A stretch of 61,492 bases of DNA, the filler included, from Sphacelaria rigidula (lineage: Eukaryota), in NCBI GenBank assembly GCA_964200075.2. It is 10 parts of 10 records of this genome, joined end to end, with 100 filler letters (N's around TTAATTAATTAA, not from the genome) between each part and the next. Parts side by side here need not be neighbours in the genome. Positions count along the whole stretch, not along the records: positions 1 to 6,060 come from CAXNAA020022508.1; positions 6,161 to 12,220 come from CAXNAA020022509.1; positions 12,321 to 18,380 come from CAXNAA020022510.1; 7 more parts are not named here. One strand, 5' to 3'. The notes beneath the pieces are model-generated. The model saw only the letters and a program-made list of their open reading frames with translations, made no database searches and was not told the origin of the DNA. Shown here piece by piece: positions 1-13,212 of the stretch. The first letter of the stretch is position 1; each line of letters starts with the position of its first letter. The position numbers were made by a program, and so were the translations under genes.

Positions 1-84
1 GAAGATTTTAATCCTCCGGGTTCTCATCCTCAATCAATAGCACCATCCTCAACATAGATGATTGGCTGTTTCCAGGGCAATCAT

Positions 85-556
85 TCGCAGCTCACCTAGC
101 TCTCACAGCTCATCCAGAGCAAACATGCATAGCTGATGCATCTCTCATAGCTTATCCGGGGCAAACATGCATAGCTCATGCAGCTCTCATAGCTCATCCA
201 GGGCAAATATGAGCTGATGAGCTACGGGTTGGTAGCTCATCCAGGGGAAACATACGTAGCTCATGCAGCTGTCATTGCTCACCCAGGACGAATATGCGCT
301 GATGAGCTACGAGTTGGTGGCTCACCTATCGCAAACGTGCGTAGCTCATACAGCTCCCATCGCTCACCCCAGGACGAACATGAGCCGATGAGCTACGGGT
401 TGGTAGCCCACGCACGGTAAACATACGCAGCTCATACAGCTCTCATAGCTCACTCCAGGAAAAACATGCGTAGCTCATGCGGCTCTCATAGCTCACAAGG
501 GAGCTACGCTAAAAAAGAGCTAGCTCGAGCTACGGGGAGCTGATCTTTCCGACGTG
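85..556. repeat. Degenerate ~42-43 bp tandem array rich in AGCTCA; possible subterminal array of a DNA transposon end
   Basis: About 10 units such as AGCTCATCCAGGGCAAACATGCATAGCTCATGCAGCTCTCAT, alternating with a GAGCTGATGAGCTACGGGTTGGT variant; ends in ...CCGACGTG (556). Confidence 0.8.
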
Positions 557-626
557 TGAAGTATTCCCTCTTGTAACATTTCGAGATAGTTCGAAAAAAC
601 TCTGGAACAATTTGTGATGAAGTGGC

Positions 627-911
627 GTCTTAGCACATTAGTTTTAGATCGAAATTGTTCGGTGTAAAACAAAAATTCCGATTGGATAGATAGGTCGTAA
701 TTTCAACCATCGTTGTTAACTTTGAAGATGGCTGAAAGCATGGGCTATCAGATCAGGATTTTTGTTATTCACCGCACAATTCCGATCGAGAACTAATGTG
801 CTAAGACAGGGCCTTCGTCGGAAATTGTGAAGATGATTGAAATCACGACCTATCAGATCGGGATTTTTTTTTACTCCGCACAATTTCGATCGAAAACTGA
901 TGTGCTAAGAC
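627..911. repeat. Inverted repeat (foldback/MITE-like) with duplicated right arm
   Basis: GTCTTAGCACATTAGTT (627-643) is the exact reverse complement of 791-807; a second right-arm copy ends at 911. Confidence 0.7.
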
Positions 912-1649
912 AGGGCCCGAGACCTGAAGGAAGCCGACGTAAACACCCTTTTCTTACCTGGTGAGAACCGTCTCGAATGTGCAAAGGAGATACATACGGC
1001 TTCACACATCGGAGCAAGGATGCGCGAAAAGTCAAACTAGGGGAAGTTTCAACCTACACAAAAATCCTCCGTTGGTTGTTTTTTCAAACCTGTTTCACGT
1101 AAAACGTGACGTGTTGGAAGGCGAATTCAACCTAATTTGAATGTCCAACCTCATTTTTCAGGATCTGTTGTTCGTGGAAGATTTTACCAAAATTGCGGTT
1201 TCCAAAGGTCAAAACGGAGTTAGTATCTGCCGGATACATTTTGACATTTCATTATACAGTTCAGTGCACTGGGCAGACGATGTTGTTTGCGTATCGATGC
1301 ATTGTTCATTGTGACTGATGAAGCGGCCGACTATCAAAAAATTCTGAAATCGGATCAAGGCTTGACGCCACGGTAATTTCCCCGATTTCAGCATTTTTGT
1401 TACACTGCGAAATACTCGGACAATTTCCTTCCTTCTTTTCCCTGTTTTATTGACGAACAGTGGTGACATGGTGTCGTGTGCAATACCGCCAGTTTATTAT
1501 CGAGGCGCGCATAATAGCGTCCTGGAATCGATGTCCCCACACTCGCCGTCAACAGTTAAGATGGGAATAGTTCTACAACAGATGTGTGGCAGATTTTACC
1601 CATTAATTGTCACGGCTGTAATTAAGTCATTTGTTCTGTGCGTATGTGC

Positions 1650-1935
1650 GTATGTGTGTGTTGTCATCCCATTTATTCTTGAAGTCGGTTTACACCTTTC
1701 AGTATATTATGTAGGCGCACAAGCCGGGGTCACACAGGAGGAAGGCCAACACAGGAGGTTTTCTTTTCTCATTTGCTTTTAGTTCTCCACCTTCCTTCTG
1801 CGGTGCTTGACTTTGTGTTTTATCGCAAGAGGAGTTCAGCAATCCCTTTTCCTCGTCGGTCGTTGAGTCGAATTTCGTGTACCCACGACATAGTCGCTCT
1901 TCATCGTTGAGCATAGTCTGAGAAAATCCCAGCTT
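1650..1935 (+). repeat. Dispersed SINE-like/non-autonomous repeat; partial minus-strand copies at ~16410-16485 and ~49276-49355
   Basis: TGTGTGTTGTC(A/G)TCCCAT(T/C)TATTCT...GGCGCA.(A/C)AGCCG shared by three fragments. Confidence 0.7.
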
Positions 1936-2445
1936 GCGTATGCGCTGTAGATAACAAATATGCAACGTGGTACCATTGTTCTCCACTTTATCAGTAGAGC
2001 TGACTGCAATGTTTGAAATGTTCGAGCGCGAGAGTAGCGCTACTCGTTTCTTCGCTTCTCCTGACCCGTATTTGGCGGTTCATCATCGTATGTTAGATCT
2101 CAGACTCCTTCGCTGCGACCAAAGTCCCCCCTTGATAAATAACCCATGACTTGGGTCTCTATGTCCACCTGATGAAGGGCCATGTCTCGTCATTGAATGC
2201 GGAGTAGCCGGCCTGACAGACACGGTACATTACTGTATTCCGTCTTCCCTGAAGCTGACATAACGACCTATGGCCTCATTAGTGCAGGGTTACACAAAAC
2301 AATGAGAAATATGTTCTTCGATTTACGCACCCTTCCCCCGACGGTGAGTTCGCGCAAGTAGCACACACTCCCTTGCAGTTGTCTGATCTCCACCTTTCGT
2401 GCTTCTTTCCATTAAATCAGCTCTACTGCACTTTCTGCTTGAAAA

Positions 2446-4870
2446 ATGAACAGCAAAGCTCAAAGCTCCCATCTTCGGACGGTTCCCAGGACGATGACTG
2501 CGTATTACACGTGTTCCTTGTTGGCCGCCTTCCTCATCATGGATGGGGCTTCGGTAGCAGCGCGGATCCTGCAAGACGCTGTTGAAGTGGGCGACTTCGT
2601 GTGGTCCCTTGGATGCTGGACAGATGAAATTGGCAACCGTGTGCTGTCTGGTGCTTTTTTGAAAGCGGACCCCGAGATGACGACGGAGGTACTTCCTATT
2701 CATACACAACGAATGTCACATAATATTTGTTCACGTACGTGGTGGTACCTACGAAGCTCGTTATGGTTCCTTCTTGGTTTCTTGTACTCCAGCTCACGTT
2801 TAACATGGCAGAGAACTTACCTACCGCAATGGGAGGTATGCCGTCGTCTGTTTCTGCATTTTCCGTAGCATGGCGATACAGCTGCTATTCGTAGTCTACC
2901 AGGATAACGAGTGAACTAAGGCATCCCGTGACCCCTACCGGTGCGCGTGTTATCTATTTCGTTTGGAGCGCAGAAATGCGCGACCGAATGTATCGGGTCT
3001 ACTTACTTCGGAACCGAATATGCCGAAGAGGTGAGAGCAGTGCCGACAGGTGAAACGATCGAGGGCGACAGGCGCAATAGCCATAAACAGAGGTCACTCT
3101 GGGCTGGTCTTAGTCACGGTTCGGAGTCTGTGGGGAATTCCATGCATACCTATGCATTCAATGCGGATCCTGCACACAAGATTCACATATCCACGCAGGC
3201 GGTGGTTGAACTTGTTCGCCTTCCGCAATGAGCGTAGACTTCGGAAACACATCGAGCAACTACTCAAGGTGTAGAGAACGCTAGTGTTTCCCCGTCGGTG
3301 GACAGCAGCATAGTCGAGTCGCTACGGCTAAATACTGACTAAAGGCTTGCTGCATTTCTACCACACTGTTTCCCCCCCCCGTCACATGTCGTACGTTCCC
3401 CCGTCTTTTCGCTCTGCTTTATCAACCATACTGCAAGCAGTGCTTCTGCGGGTCGTCCATCGACAACCCCGCCGTGCATGGCGTGTCCACGGATTGCGAC
3501 ATGCCGTGCAGCGGGGATTCCAGTCAACTCTGTGGGGGCAGATATGCTATTAACGTCTTCAAATACACCAACTACAGGAGTCTTGGGTGCTTCGCAGACG
3601 ATGCGCCCGGTCGAGTGTTGTCCGCAGCAACCTTTCAGGTTCCAGATATGACCACCGATGTGAGAAGAGGAAGTGAATATATTTGATCCGGCACAACACA
3701 TACATGTACAGCCGTTTGTCATTGGGAGAATATCCCGCAACATAAAACCTTGACGATACCAGTAAGATCTACGTCAGCAATTTACGTGGAAACATTTCTG
3801 CGGACGTACTGTTACCTAAGGGGTTGCTTTAGCAGCATGTTGTTTCAGTGACGCATGCTCAGACGTCGTCTAGGATTCCCCAGCATACAGTTTGCCGCCG
3901 CCGACAATCGCAGGCAATCGCAAAGCATAACGAAATGTCTGCATGTGGTTCGTGTGATGCAGACTTTGGTAGAGGCTGCGGTTTTCTGTTCGGGGTGTTA
4001 GTCGGCTAGAAGTTTACGTGTTGCGATGCCTCTCTCAAGTAAAAAAGTGCAGAAATTTGGGGTTTCCCTTGCGACATCTCACTGTTCTTGGTAGATGTGC
4101 GCGGAACTATGCGATGGGTATCAGGTCTTTGGAACTGAGGATGGGACAGAGGTGCGCACGGTATTGGGCTAGGCATGTTGATGATGTTGCGTCCCAGTAT
4201 TACTTCAACCGCGGTAGCACCAGTGGTGGACGAAGTTCACGAAGTATTCCAAGCTCCAGTTCGCGTTATCACGCAGTAAACACGTAACCTCGACCTATCG
4301 ACCACTGCCCTGGGCAGAGGTTACTTTCAAAGTACCCGCAATCATAATTCTGTAGCCTCAGAAGGTAGCCGAATGGTGCCATCTTGTTTTCATGTCCTCC
4401 GACGACGGAGCGCCTATGTCGCTAGTTGAAGCCAATTCAAATATTCTTGACTCAGCGTAACTGCTTTTGTACTCATATGCCCCGTCAGATGAGCGCTGAA
4501 GGATTGAAAATACGGCCAGGCTCGAATCACACACGAACGAACACAAGCCCTGACTGTAACGCGTCGTATATGATAGCTTAACACACCCCAAGTGATTATT
4601 TCATCGGGTACCGATGCGTACACTCCTTGTGTCACCAGGCAACCTTCATGCGCAACATTTTCACGGGTCGGGGACTCCCGTCGCACCTTCAATTGCCGTG
4701 CCGCTATGTGATTGCAGTGCTTCTGTGGATCTGACATGGACGTGGCAGATGCACTTGGAGTATCCTCTGATTGTAGCAGTGCATGCGCTGGCGCTCCGTC
4801 CGAGGTTTGCGGTGGAACCAGCTTAATCAACGTGTACAGAGTAGCCTCTGCTAGTTCAGCACCAGTTTGA
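2446..4870 (+). CDS. Secreted protein with two WSC carbohydrate-binding domains; exons 2446-2688, 2974-3030, 3441-3659, 4095-4151, 4718-4870 (242 aa; start may be ATG 2494)
   Basis: All introns GT-AG, phase 0. Spliced ORF gives SLGCWTD...MTTEKCATEC..YFGTEYAEECFCG...CDMPCSGDSSQLCGG..AINVF and a second copy SLGCFAD...MCAELC..FGTEDGTECFCG...CAGAPSEVCGG, the 8-Cys WSC pattern; hydrophobic N-terminus; TGA at 4868-4870. Confidence 0.92.
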
Positions 4871-6060
4871 CGCGCGTCCCGAAACTACCATGTATGTACC
4901 ATGCGGCGCGGTGTGTTATCGCCGTTCTCTGTCAACGTTCCGGCACGTCTCGTTTATTCAGTTGGACTCGGTAGATGTGCTGTAAACACTATCCACGATT
5001 TGGACATCAGCGTTTGCCGTGCTCTCGTGTTTGCACGAAATGTATGTTATTATTCGGATCGAGGCTTATCGAGTCTGGTCCTTAACAGAACATGAGGGTC
5101 CATTCAGTTAGTGATTTCAGCGTGAACGCATAGTTTAATATCGAGCCAAGGACGTTTTTCTTCGTTGTGGTTGGTGACGACTCCCTGATGGAACTCGTCG
5201 AAATGGCGATGTGTTCCGTACATTTGCTACACTGTTTGTCTTTTGATTACTATCGACTACATGTTTCGCGTTGTGGAAGTCTACTTGCTCGAGAGTACTG
5301 CCGATCGCCAGGGCTTCACGTTACAGCGGTTAAAGGTGCCCGTCCGATAAAGAGGGGACCTGCGGCTACTTTCTTTACTTATTTACAACGAGTTTGGGCG
5401 AGGATTGAGAGGTGGTCTGACGGTGGGGGAAGCTACAAACGAGGCATGGTGTTGCATTGCTTTTGTGCCCCGTTGCGGGTCAAGGGTAGACAAAACCTAC
5501 TCAAGGGTACCTCCAACATGCCATGCGATAGTCGATCATTGGATCGTTATTCGAAGCTCTGTTTTGTGTTTCTTAACGAGAGTTCCGTAACGGTACTTGT
5601 TGCAACGTGTGTGGGACTGACGTGAGCATAAAAAACAGGCGACGGTTAGATTGTTGTCGTCAACTAGATGCACTTCGGACCGAAGCTGCATGTATCTTTG
5701 ATGCGTGAACGTAATCACGGCAATTTCAATGCAGAGCATTACAGTACTTACGATGACTGTGTTGAAAGGCTGGTGTGGTGTGGTAATGGCAACAGACAGA
5801 CCTCCTATCTCAGTGGACAAGATTGCAGAGGGTGCCCAGTAGCTGTGAAGCTCACTTGCATCTGCAGCGAAAGATAAGACGTAGAATGGCGTACGTATGG
5901 GCGCTCATGTGTTTAAGATAGAATGAAAGACGCAGTCTCTCCTGAAAGCGGAGAACCTATTGGAGAGTGCGAATAGAGGGGGGAGCGCGCGGGGGGGGGG
6001 GGGGGGGGGGGGGTGGCTCGTGCGTGCGGGGGGGGGGCGGGGGATGTGCGCCCCCCCCCC

Positions 6061-6160
6061 NNNNNNNNNNNNNNNNNNNNNNNNNNNNNNNNNNNNNNNN
6101 NNNNTTAATTAATTAANNNNNNNNNNNNNNNNNNNNNNNNNNNNNNNNNNNNNNNNNNNN
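6061..6160. other. Artificial linker (N run + TTAATTAATTAA + N run); same linker at 12221-12320, 18381-18480, 24540-24639, 30699-30798, 36858-36957, 43017-43116, 49176-49275, 55335-55434
   Basis: Identical 100-nt spacer with stops in all six frames, recurring every ~6160 nt. Confidence 0.98.
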
Positions 6161-7396
6161 GTGCCTCGTGAAAATGACTACATTGTAGCATGTACACTAC
6201 TTACCCCCGTTTTTTCCGGTCGCCGCTGTGTTAGCGTAAATTACTACGTTCTAGTATGGAACTGAGACTCAAAAAACCACCGGAAAACTCGGGAACGGTA
6301 TACTGAGTGCAAGTCATATCATATAACCAAGTTCCGACCGCCCTGCGCTTGGAAACCTGCGAAGGCTTATCTGGGCCAGGGATAGGGTCCCACACGATCT
6401 TTACAGTGGCATCATATTCGCCAACAACCCCAGCACTGGTCGTTCGGGTCTGGTCGATAAATTTCGNNNNNNNNNTTGGGCAGGTCGCTCGAAGACTTGT
6501 TTTTTATTATTTCACTAACACAGGGTCAACCCTTTGTTAGTGGGGGGTCGGTCCCAAAAGGGTTAACATCAAGCATACGCTGCAACTGGAGCGTCACGGT
6601 GCGCCCGCCGTCGTTGCATATTTCTGTTTCTCGTGTGATTCTATAGGCAAAAAAACGCCCGGTACTTGACAAAACGCTGTAATCTATATACAACATACTT
6701 AATATGGAGAGCTATGACGAGGGTACTGGTACACGCCTGTCCGCGCGCACAGGGTATCAGTGGCTTCGTTTCGGAACAACTTATGTCGATGTATTATTCA
6801 TGGTCGACTGCGTGTTCCCAAGTCTCTTGTCCAGATTTTGCACGCCCATACACATCCGTCTGCTACACTGGGCTCGAGCCACAACAAAAGTGATGGGAAT
6901 AATGCGTTACATACACAGAGTAGTGACTATACCACCGCCTTGACCTCGCATAACGTTGGCATCGTGGACATGGAACCGTACTTGAGAGTGCACACCAAGA
7001 ACAGCCGACCGTTTCTCACATTATCGCATACGCATCACCATTTGTTTGCAGATTCCAGTAGAGAGAGGCAAGAAACAACCCGAGAACTAAAACTTAAAAG
7101 TAAAGGCAGTCATGGAAATCTTTCATCTCACCCCTTTGGCTTCAGGTGCTCCTGGGCCGAACCCGCACGTCGTGCATCTGTCATCCTTACGCGTGTTTGT
7201 GATATGCGGCGCAATGCGTTTCGATTTGAAATGTAAACAGTTCTTGATTGGTCGGTAGATGTTAGTCGCGGCGGAATTGCTAGCAACTCGACGACCCGGC
7301 CTTGCTTGAACTCTGAGCATGTACAGTACGGCCATGTGTAGCACATCACTACTGTACTCACGTGCTTAACAAACGGCGCACCTTTGGCTCGAGGAA

Positions 7397-7398
<2 letters not shown>

Positions 7399-7434
<36 letters not shown>
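7399..7434. repeat. (TA)n microsatellite; others at ~23678-23703 (TA), 52738-52781 (CA), 55526-55561 (GTTGTC), 57279-57317 (CT)
   Basis: Seen directly. Confidence 0.95.
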
Positions 7435-7436
<2 letters not shown>

Positions 7437-8474
7437 CGCTCTTCGATATTCGATAGACAATTGGTATCTCCCTCGTGCAAAGTATTTCGGAGATACTGTG
7501 CTTCGTCCCACTTCTTCAGTAACAAGCGAATTGATTCCCTCAGCGCTGGCCGATGGATCTCCGATCGCAGGTAGGGTTCACCCACATGCATTGTCCGTAC
7601 AACATTGGAGCGGGTCACGGTGGACATGCCCATGGAGAGGCTTCTCTCAACTATATGTCAATGTCGTCCTAAAGTGCCCAGGGGAAGGCGAGGCTTGGAG
7701 CGTCAACTTGCCGCAGCGCCACCGGGGATCTCTATCTGGTGGGAGTTCAGTTGCCGACGACGCCCTTGGGCAACAGTACAGCTTGCAGTAAATCCTAATA
7801 AACAAGAACAACGATGACAATCACCACTTTTAGCGGGTCAGTTCCGTCTGACGAACGATCTTTTTCACGATGGACGGTGGGTACGAATTCAGTAACCGCT
7901 GCCGGTGGCGTACGAAGACATGGACTTCGCGTTAAACCCCGTGAAAGAGGAGCACATACTGGTCATGGGCGCACTGCTAGGCGTCACTGCGGCCGCCCGG
8001 GGGTGGCCTTTGGTTCGAGGGAAATAAGGTATGGCTGAAAGTTTCGCTGTTCTCGATGTTCGATTATTTATTCAGCCGGCAACTCGTCTTTCATCACGTT
8101 GGGGTCATGGCCAGGGAATGAGGGAAGGAGGTGGAGAACCGAAGTGGTGAGTCTAGGGGTTTTTATACAAACGTGGTGGGGTTTTGTGACTGCGAACACC
8201 GTCAATCGGTATCTCGGGAAACGTCTGTGAAAAAAAACAGCTACTGTTAAAGAAAACAGATCCCACAGGAGTATCTTACTGTATTTAGCTAGACCACGCC
8301 CGACGCGCATACCTTGGCCAAGTTTGGGTCTGCGTCCCAATATATGGCATTGAATCTTCTAACCTTTGACTTCTTGTCGAGTAATACCCTCCTACTACAC
8401 CAGTCTCACCCGAAATGCTTAGCGCAAGCAAAAATGTTTGGCATACAAACGTAGTTACGTCAGACCAAACAGTT

Positions 8475-8727
8475 GACACTTTCTACGATGCCCCCCCAAA
8501 AAAAACAGTTCAGAAATGTCACGAAAAAAATGGCCATACAGCGCCTGATGTTTGGGTTCAGGCTGCATGAAGCGCCTCATATTGGCGACATTGGCTAAAA
8601 CGAACCCAAGCGTGGGAATGCCCAGCTTCTCGTTATCCTCGGCTTTTACAATTACGATATACGTGAAGATTACGCTTGCCAAAACCATGCACTTTTGGGG
8701 GGGGGGGGGGCTATCGTAGAAAGTGTC
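8475..8727. mobile_element. MITE-like element with terminal inverted repeats
   Basis: GACACTTTCTACGAT (8475-8489) / ATCGTAGAAAGTGTC (8713-8727), extended by C-run/G-run; no clear TSD. Confidence 0.65.
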
Positions 8728-9614
8728 TTGAGATTGCTCGCACGCAGTGGTAACGCGCATCTATCGGTCCTTCCACGTGCCTCTCTCCCCCCTTGTTCGA
8801 GCCCCATCGACATATTTCACACATTGCCCGACAAAAATGACCAACATACACAACTGTTCCGTGGCCCGTTGTAAGATATTTCTCCTCGCATGGCGCCACA
8901 TTTCATAGCTTACGGCTAATACGTGTGCTCTTTTTAGCCCTTTGACCATCAGCGTGGGTTATCTGTTGAATCTGCACCGTGTTCGCGCGGTAAATGGTTG
9001 TAAGACTCAGATGATCTATCCTCATAGTCGACGGGTGAATTTCGGGGGCTGTTTGCTGCTGAACCCAATCGAGGAGATATACACCCGAACTCAGCACCAA
9101 CCTTGACCTTGACCCCTTGACTGTGCAGCGTTTGCGGAGCATGTGCCCGTTCTGCGCAAAAGAGAGCCTACACGTTCGTTGCGTGTTAATCACTATGAAA
9201 AATCGCTAACACACAGGAGGCCTCCGTACGCCTGGTGCACCACCTCTACTACAGCACTGCCGTACCGCATGTCTCGCTGAGCATGGCACCTTCGACGCCC
9301 AAGAGAAGTGGAAATAGCACCGTCAAAACGCTCTCATGGGTTGATCAGGTGCAGATGGCTTCGCGATGCGAAGAAGCTTGAGGCAGCCGTGATATTCGGC
9401 GTTTCTGTTCTGGAGCCACCAATTTATGATAGTTTTCTACTCGCTGGGGCCTTTCAAAACGATGGTTATGTATTATACAGGGTCTTGTGCTCTCCGTTCC
9501 GGGGAGATACACCATTCGGAGAAAATCTCCAAGGGCGGCTTTGCGACGCACTCCTTTTGCACGTTTTCCCAATCAGTTGCTGACAGAGAAAAGTAGAAAA
9601 CATTTTTCAATGTA

Positions 9615-11610
9615 CCACATGCAGGGTCGGGTGCGTACGGATGACATATCACTTTCTGACTGGTTCGAGGTCACTCAGGGACTGTGACAAGGATGTGTGC
9701 TGTCCCCACTGTTGTTCACCGTCTTCTTCGCATCGGCGCTCGAATTTACATGGGTGCGATTCAAGGACGATGTCATCCTTAACGGCCTGGTGCAGCAGGA
9801 GAGGGGAGGAAGGGGCAGAAATATGGATGGAGATCCCCCTGGACCGCGTGCGGAGGGCGGGTATGAAAAATGCTGCACACTGATGATGCTGGCTTCGTCT
9901 CGAGGTCGCTCGAAGAACTAGCGAGAATGATGACCATCATCATGGGAACATTTGTGGCCTTTTGGGTTGGTATTTTCAGAGAAGAAGGCAGAGGTGCCTG
10001 ATGCGAGTACCAGAGAAACCGCGGAAATGGGGGAAACCCACCTCCACCACATCCCCCACCGAAGCAGCGGGTCAGAGGAAAGCGTAGACCGGCAACTTCC
10101 GGTACCCGGGTGGTCTGGTGAACAAACATGGTGAGCTCACGCACGAGATCAACCGCAGGAGCTCAATCCACGTGGGGACGCCTCAAGAAGCTCTGCAGAG
10201 AACTTTTTGAGGGGCCAACAGCGCCGTGGAGACTCATAGTCCGACGACTGAGCGTGGAGGTAATGGAAGCTCCGCTGTACCGATGCATAACGTGGGTACC
10301 ACACCGTGACCACCACCAGTTACGGAGGACAACGCACCACCGGCTCCTCCGACGAGTCCTCCGATACCACCGCGAGGGTGACACTTACCGACGGCTCTCG
10401 TAGGCCAAAGCCCTCAAGAAGACCGGGAGCCAATGCGTGGAAGCGGCCACCCGACAACGGCGACCCCTGCTAGCGAGAGCTCCAGCTAGACAACACGGCG
10501 GGCGGCTCCCACAGTTGCTGATGTTCGGAGAGTGCGCGTGGGGTGGAGTACCCGGGCCGAGGCCATTCAACGCAGCCCTGACTGAAAAATCGTTGGAGAA
10601 CTATTTAAAAGCGTAGGAAGCCACCGACTATTTAACGGACAACACACGCCTCCCGTTATGACTCGGCAGCGCCCTGTCGACCACGGCGGCGAAGAAGGCG
10701 GGTGGGGGGGGTGCCGTGGTACACCGGGGTGGTGAGGGGGGCGGAGAGGTTCACGACTTCCTGGCACAAGGACGAGAAGGAAACTAGCAGAATAGTCACG
10801 AGCAAGCGAGGAAAGGAAGAAGTCAACACAACTGAGGAGGAAACTAACTACGGAGCAGGGGCGGGGGGAATCTCGGTGCAGAAAACGCTTAAAGACCCGA
10901 AATGATGAGACAACAATGGCGGTCGAGGAGAGCAAGGAGGGAGATATGAAACGGGTAGCACGATAGGTACCAGACTGACTGTTGCGACGGAGGTCGTAGG
11001 TATACCCTCGTACCTACTTTGCCAATCTACCGATGTCCCTGGCCCATTGCCTCCCCCCCCTCCGCCGTCGCGTCCTGTTTTGTTTTTGGGTTTGTATTTT
11101 GCGTCTTACGGCGGTGCACTTTTTCCTGCCGTTCGTTTGGCTTTGCCTAGTCGGTTGGAGGTGCGCCTCACTGCCTCCCCCTGTCTTGTCCGTCTTGTCA
11201 TTTTGTCACGCTGCCACTCACGGTGGGTCACGGTTTCCATATTTCTTGTTATTATGCGGTTTTCGTCCTGGGCTATTCTTCTTGCCTTTCGTTTGGTTGG
11301 GTGGAGACGTAGGGTCTCGGCTGAGGATGGCTCCAGCCGATGAATTATCTGTTCGCATGGTCTGTGACCGTAGGTTCTTTTACTACTCTCTTTTTTACGT
11401 TCATTCATATTTCGAGAGGGGGGAGCGATGGGCCCTACCTCTCGCGTCTGATTTTTGCCTCGGGCACCTGATTTTTTTTTTGTTATTTATTTCTCGAACT
11501 TCGAGTTGTGTGAATTATTTGGGTCCCGTATTTAACCTGTTTCGTCTCTTTTTACATATTATTTGAGTTTTTAGCCAACAATCACAAACACAACAACAAC
11601 AACAACAGCA
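9615..11610 (+). mobile_element. 5'-truncated, decayed RTE-clade LINE (RT C-terminal half, 3' UTR, (CAA)n tail)
   Basis: Broken frames read SDWFEVTQGL*QGCVLSPLLF, HTDDAGFVSRS (YADD equivalent), FGLVFSEKKAE, FRYPGG..ELTHEINRR, EAPLYRCITW..HHRLLRRVL; CAA repeats at ~11577-11610. Confidence 0.88.
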
Positions 11611-13212
11611 ATGCTGTAGTTCATCACATTTCTCTATCAGGAAAGACCGCATGTGTTCCGAAAAAAACTCTCCCAGAAAGCCAATGTTGGTGATTCAGGG
11701 CCGATTTTTACCGGAATACGGGGCATACGGATCGTGCCGCCCCGGGAAGACCTGCTGAATTGCTCGAAAGGAATCGCGCACTTTTCTGATCTTCCGTGCA
11801 CCTAGTTCGAATTTTGGCTGGATAAGCGGTTCCTTGAGCATTCAACCAAAAGCCGTGTTCCTCTGAGATGAGGTATGCGTTTTCTTCCTTTGCGATGACT
11901 CGAAGTTTTTTTTTCTTGTGGGTTGTTTGAGAGATTGTCTTTCCGGCCAAAAGTCGACCTGAGGCCGGATGGTACGGCACACAGATTTTTGGCCCACGGA
12001 TTGTTCACTTTTGAGACGTTTGGCCCACCTTTTGATCCCCAAACAGGGAAAACCGCCAACACATATCTCGGACACTGTGCATCACCCCACAGAGCGGAGC
12101 CCACTCTATTTCTCAGATTCGCTTGGCTCCGAGGTTTCGAGATTGGGCAAACTGGCGGGGGTCGGCAAGCACAGATTTTAGCGCACGAATTTTTGTTCAG
12201 CGGCCAATCTCGAAGCCTCGNNNNNNNNNNNNNNNNNNNNNNNNNNNNNNNNNNNNNNNNNNNNTTAATTAATTAANNNNNNNNNNNNNNNNNNNNNNNN
12301 NNNNNNNNNNNNNNNNNNNNTGGAGGACGAGGTAGCCCCCGATGATGACCATGATGACTGTGATACTGCAAGCGATGGCGATGGGGATGTTTGCAATAGC
12401 AACTAGTAATGACACTTGAGTCTCGAGTTGCAGTGGCGCAGTTGGAGAGTGAAAGCAATAGGTTCACATACAGGTCGGGATGCGGGCACGAACGTACAGT
12501 TCAGGGTGGGGTCGAGATGCTGTCATGTAGCATGATGCGGTGTTGTGATGGTGGGTATGCCGGGACCGTACGAAGCGATCTTGGGGTGGATGCCCACGAT
12601 CTCTCTTTCGACAGAGACGTTGCCACCTCATATATGCTCGAACCGGATTGGAAAGCTCGACGGGTATTTGCAGTACGGTTGAGTCGTGCATAAATTATTC
12701 ACGTTGTGCATCGGCCGTCAATTCTTCGGGACTGGGGATGCCCAACCATCCGTTCGGCTCATCACTGCGTTGGCAGTGATATCCCCCCACCACGTCACTG
12801 ACAGCACCTTACTGACCTTACTGACAGCAACTTGACGCCCAAGATTTTTGTCTGGACACGAGCCTCGAGACAAACAATAGTGAAAACATCGTCGACAACC
12901 AAACAAACGTTGTTATGCTCCGTCGCCCGCAGCTGAACACGGATGGGCGACATGTGCAACGACGGACGCACTTCCTACTCCTCCCAAAAATTGCGCATCA
13001 GCAGCGTCGTGCGGTACTCCTGAGGGTTTTTGTCACTCAACGGCTAGGGTCTTCAAACTCATTTCATTGATGAACCTCATTTTATAGAATCCCCTGTTAT
13101 TCGGTGGTACCACCTGCTCACTGCACACGGTAGGGTTCAGGGTGACAAAGCACACCACAGGACGTGACATCCTTAGCGTATTCCTGTCCTGCATTGATTT
13201 CGCGCTCTCCTA

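Noticed and set aside
2150..2260. Hammerhead ribozyme at CTGATGA (also ~50457)
   Set aside because: No correctly placed GAAA or stem III
6105..6116. Recurring TTAATTAATTAA as a biological motif
   Set aside because: Always embedded in N runs at fixed spacing; assembly/concatenation linker
11033..11566. 177-aa hydrophobic ORF and similar short ORFs in the track
   Set aside because: Low-complexity non-coding repeat sequence; no domain signal
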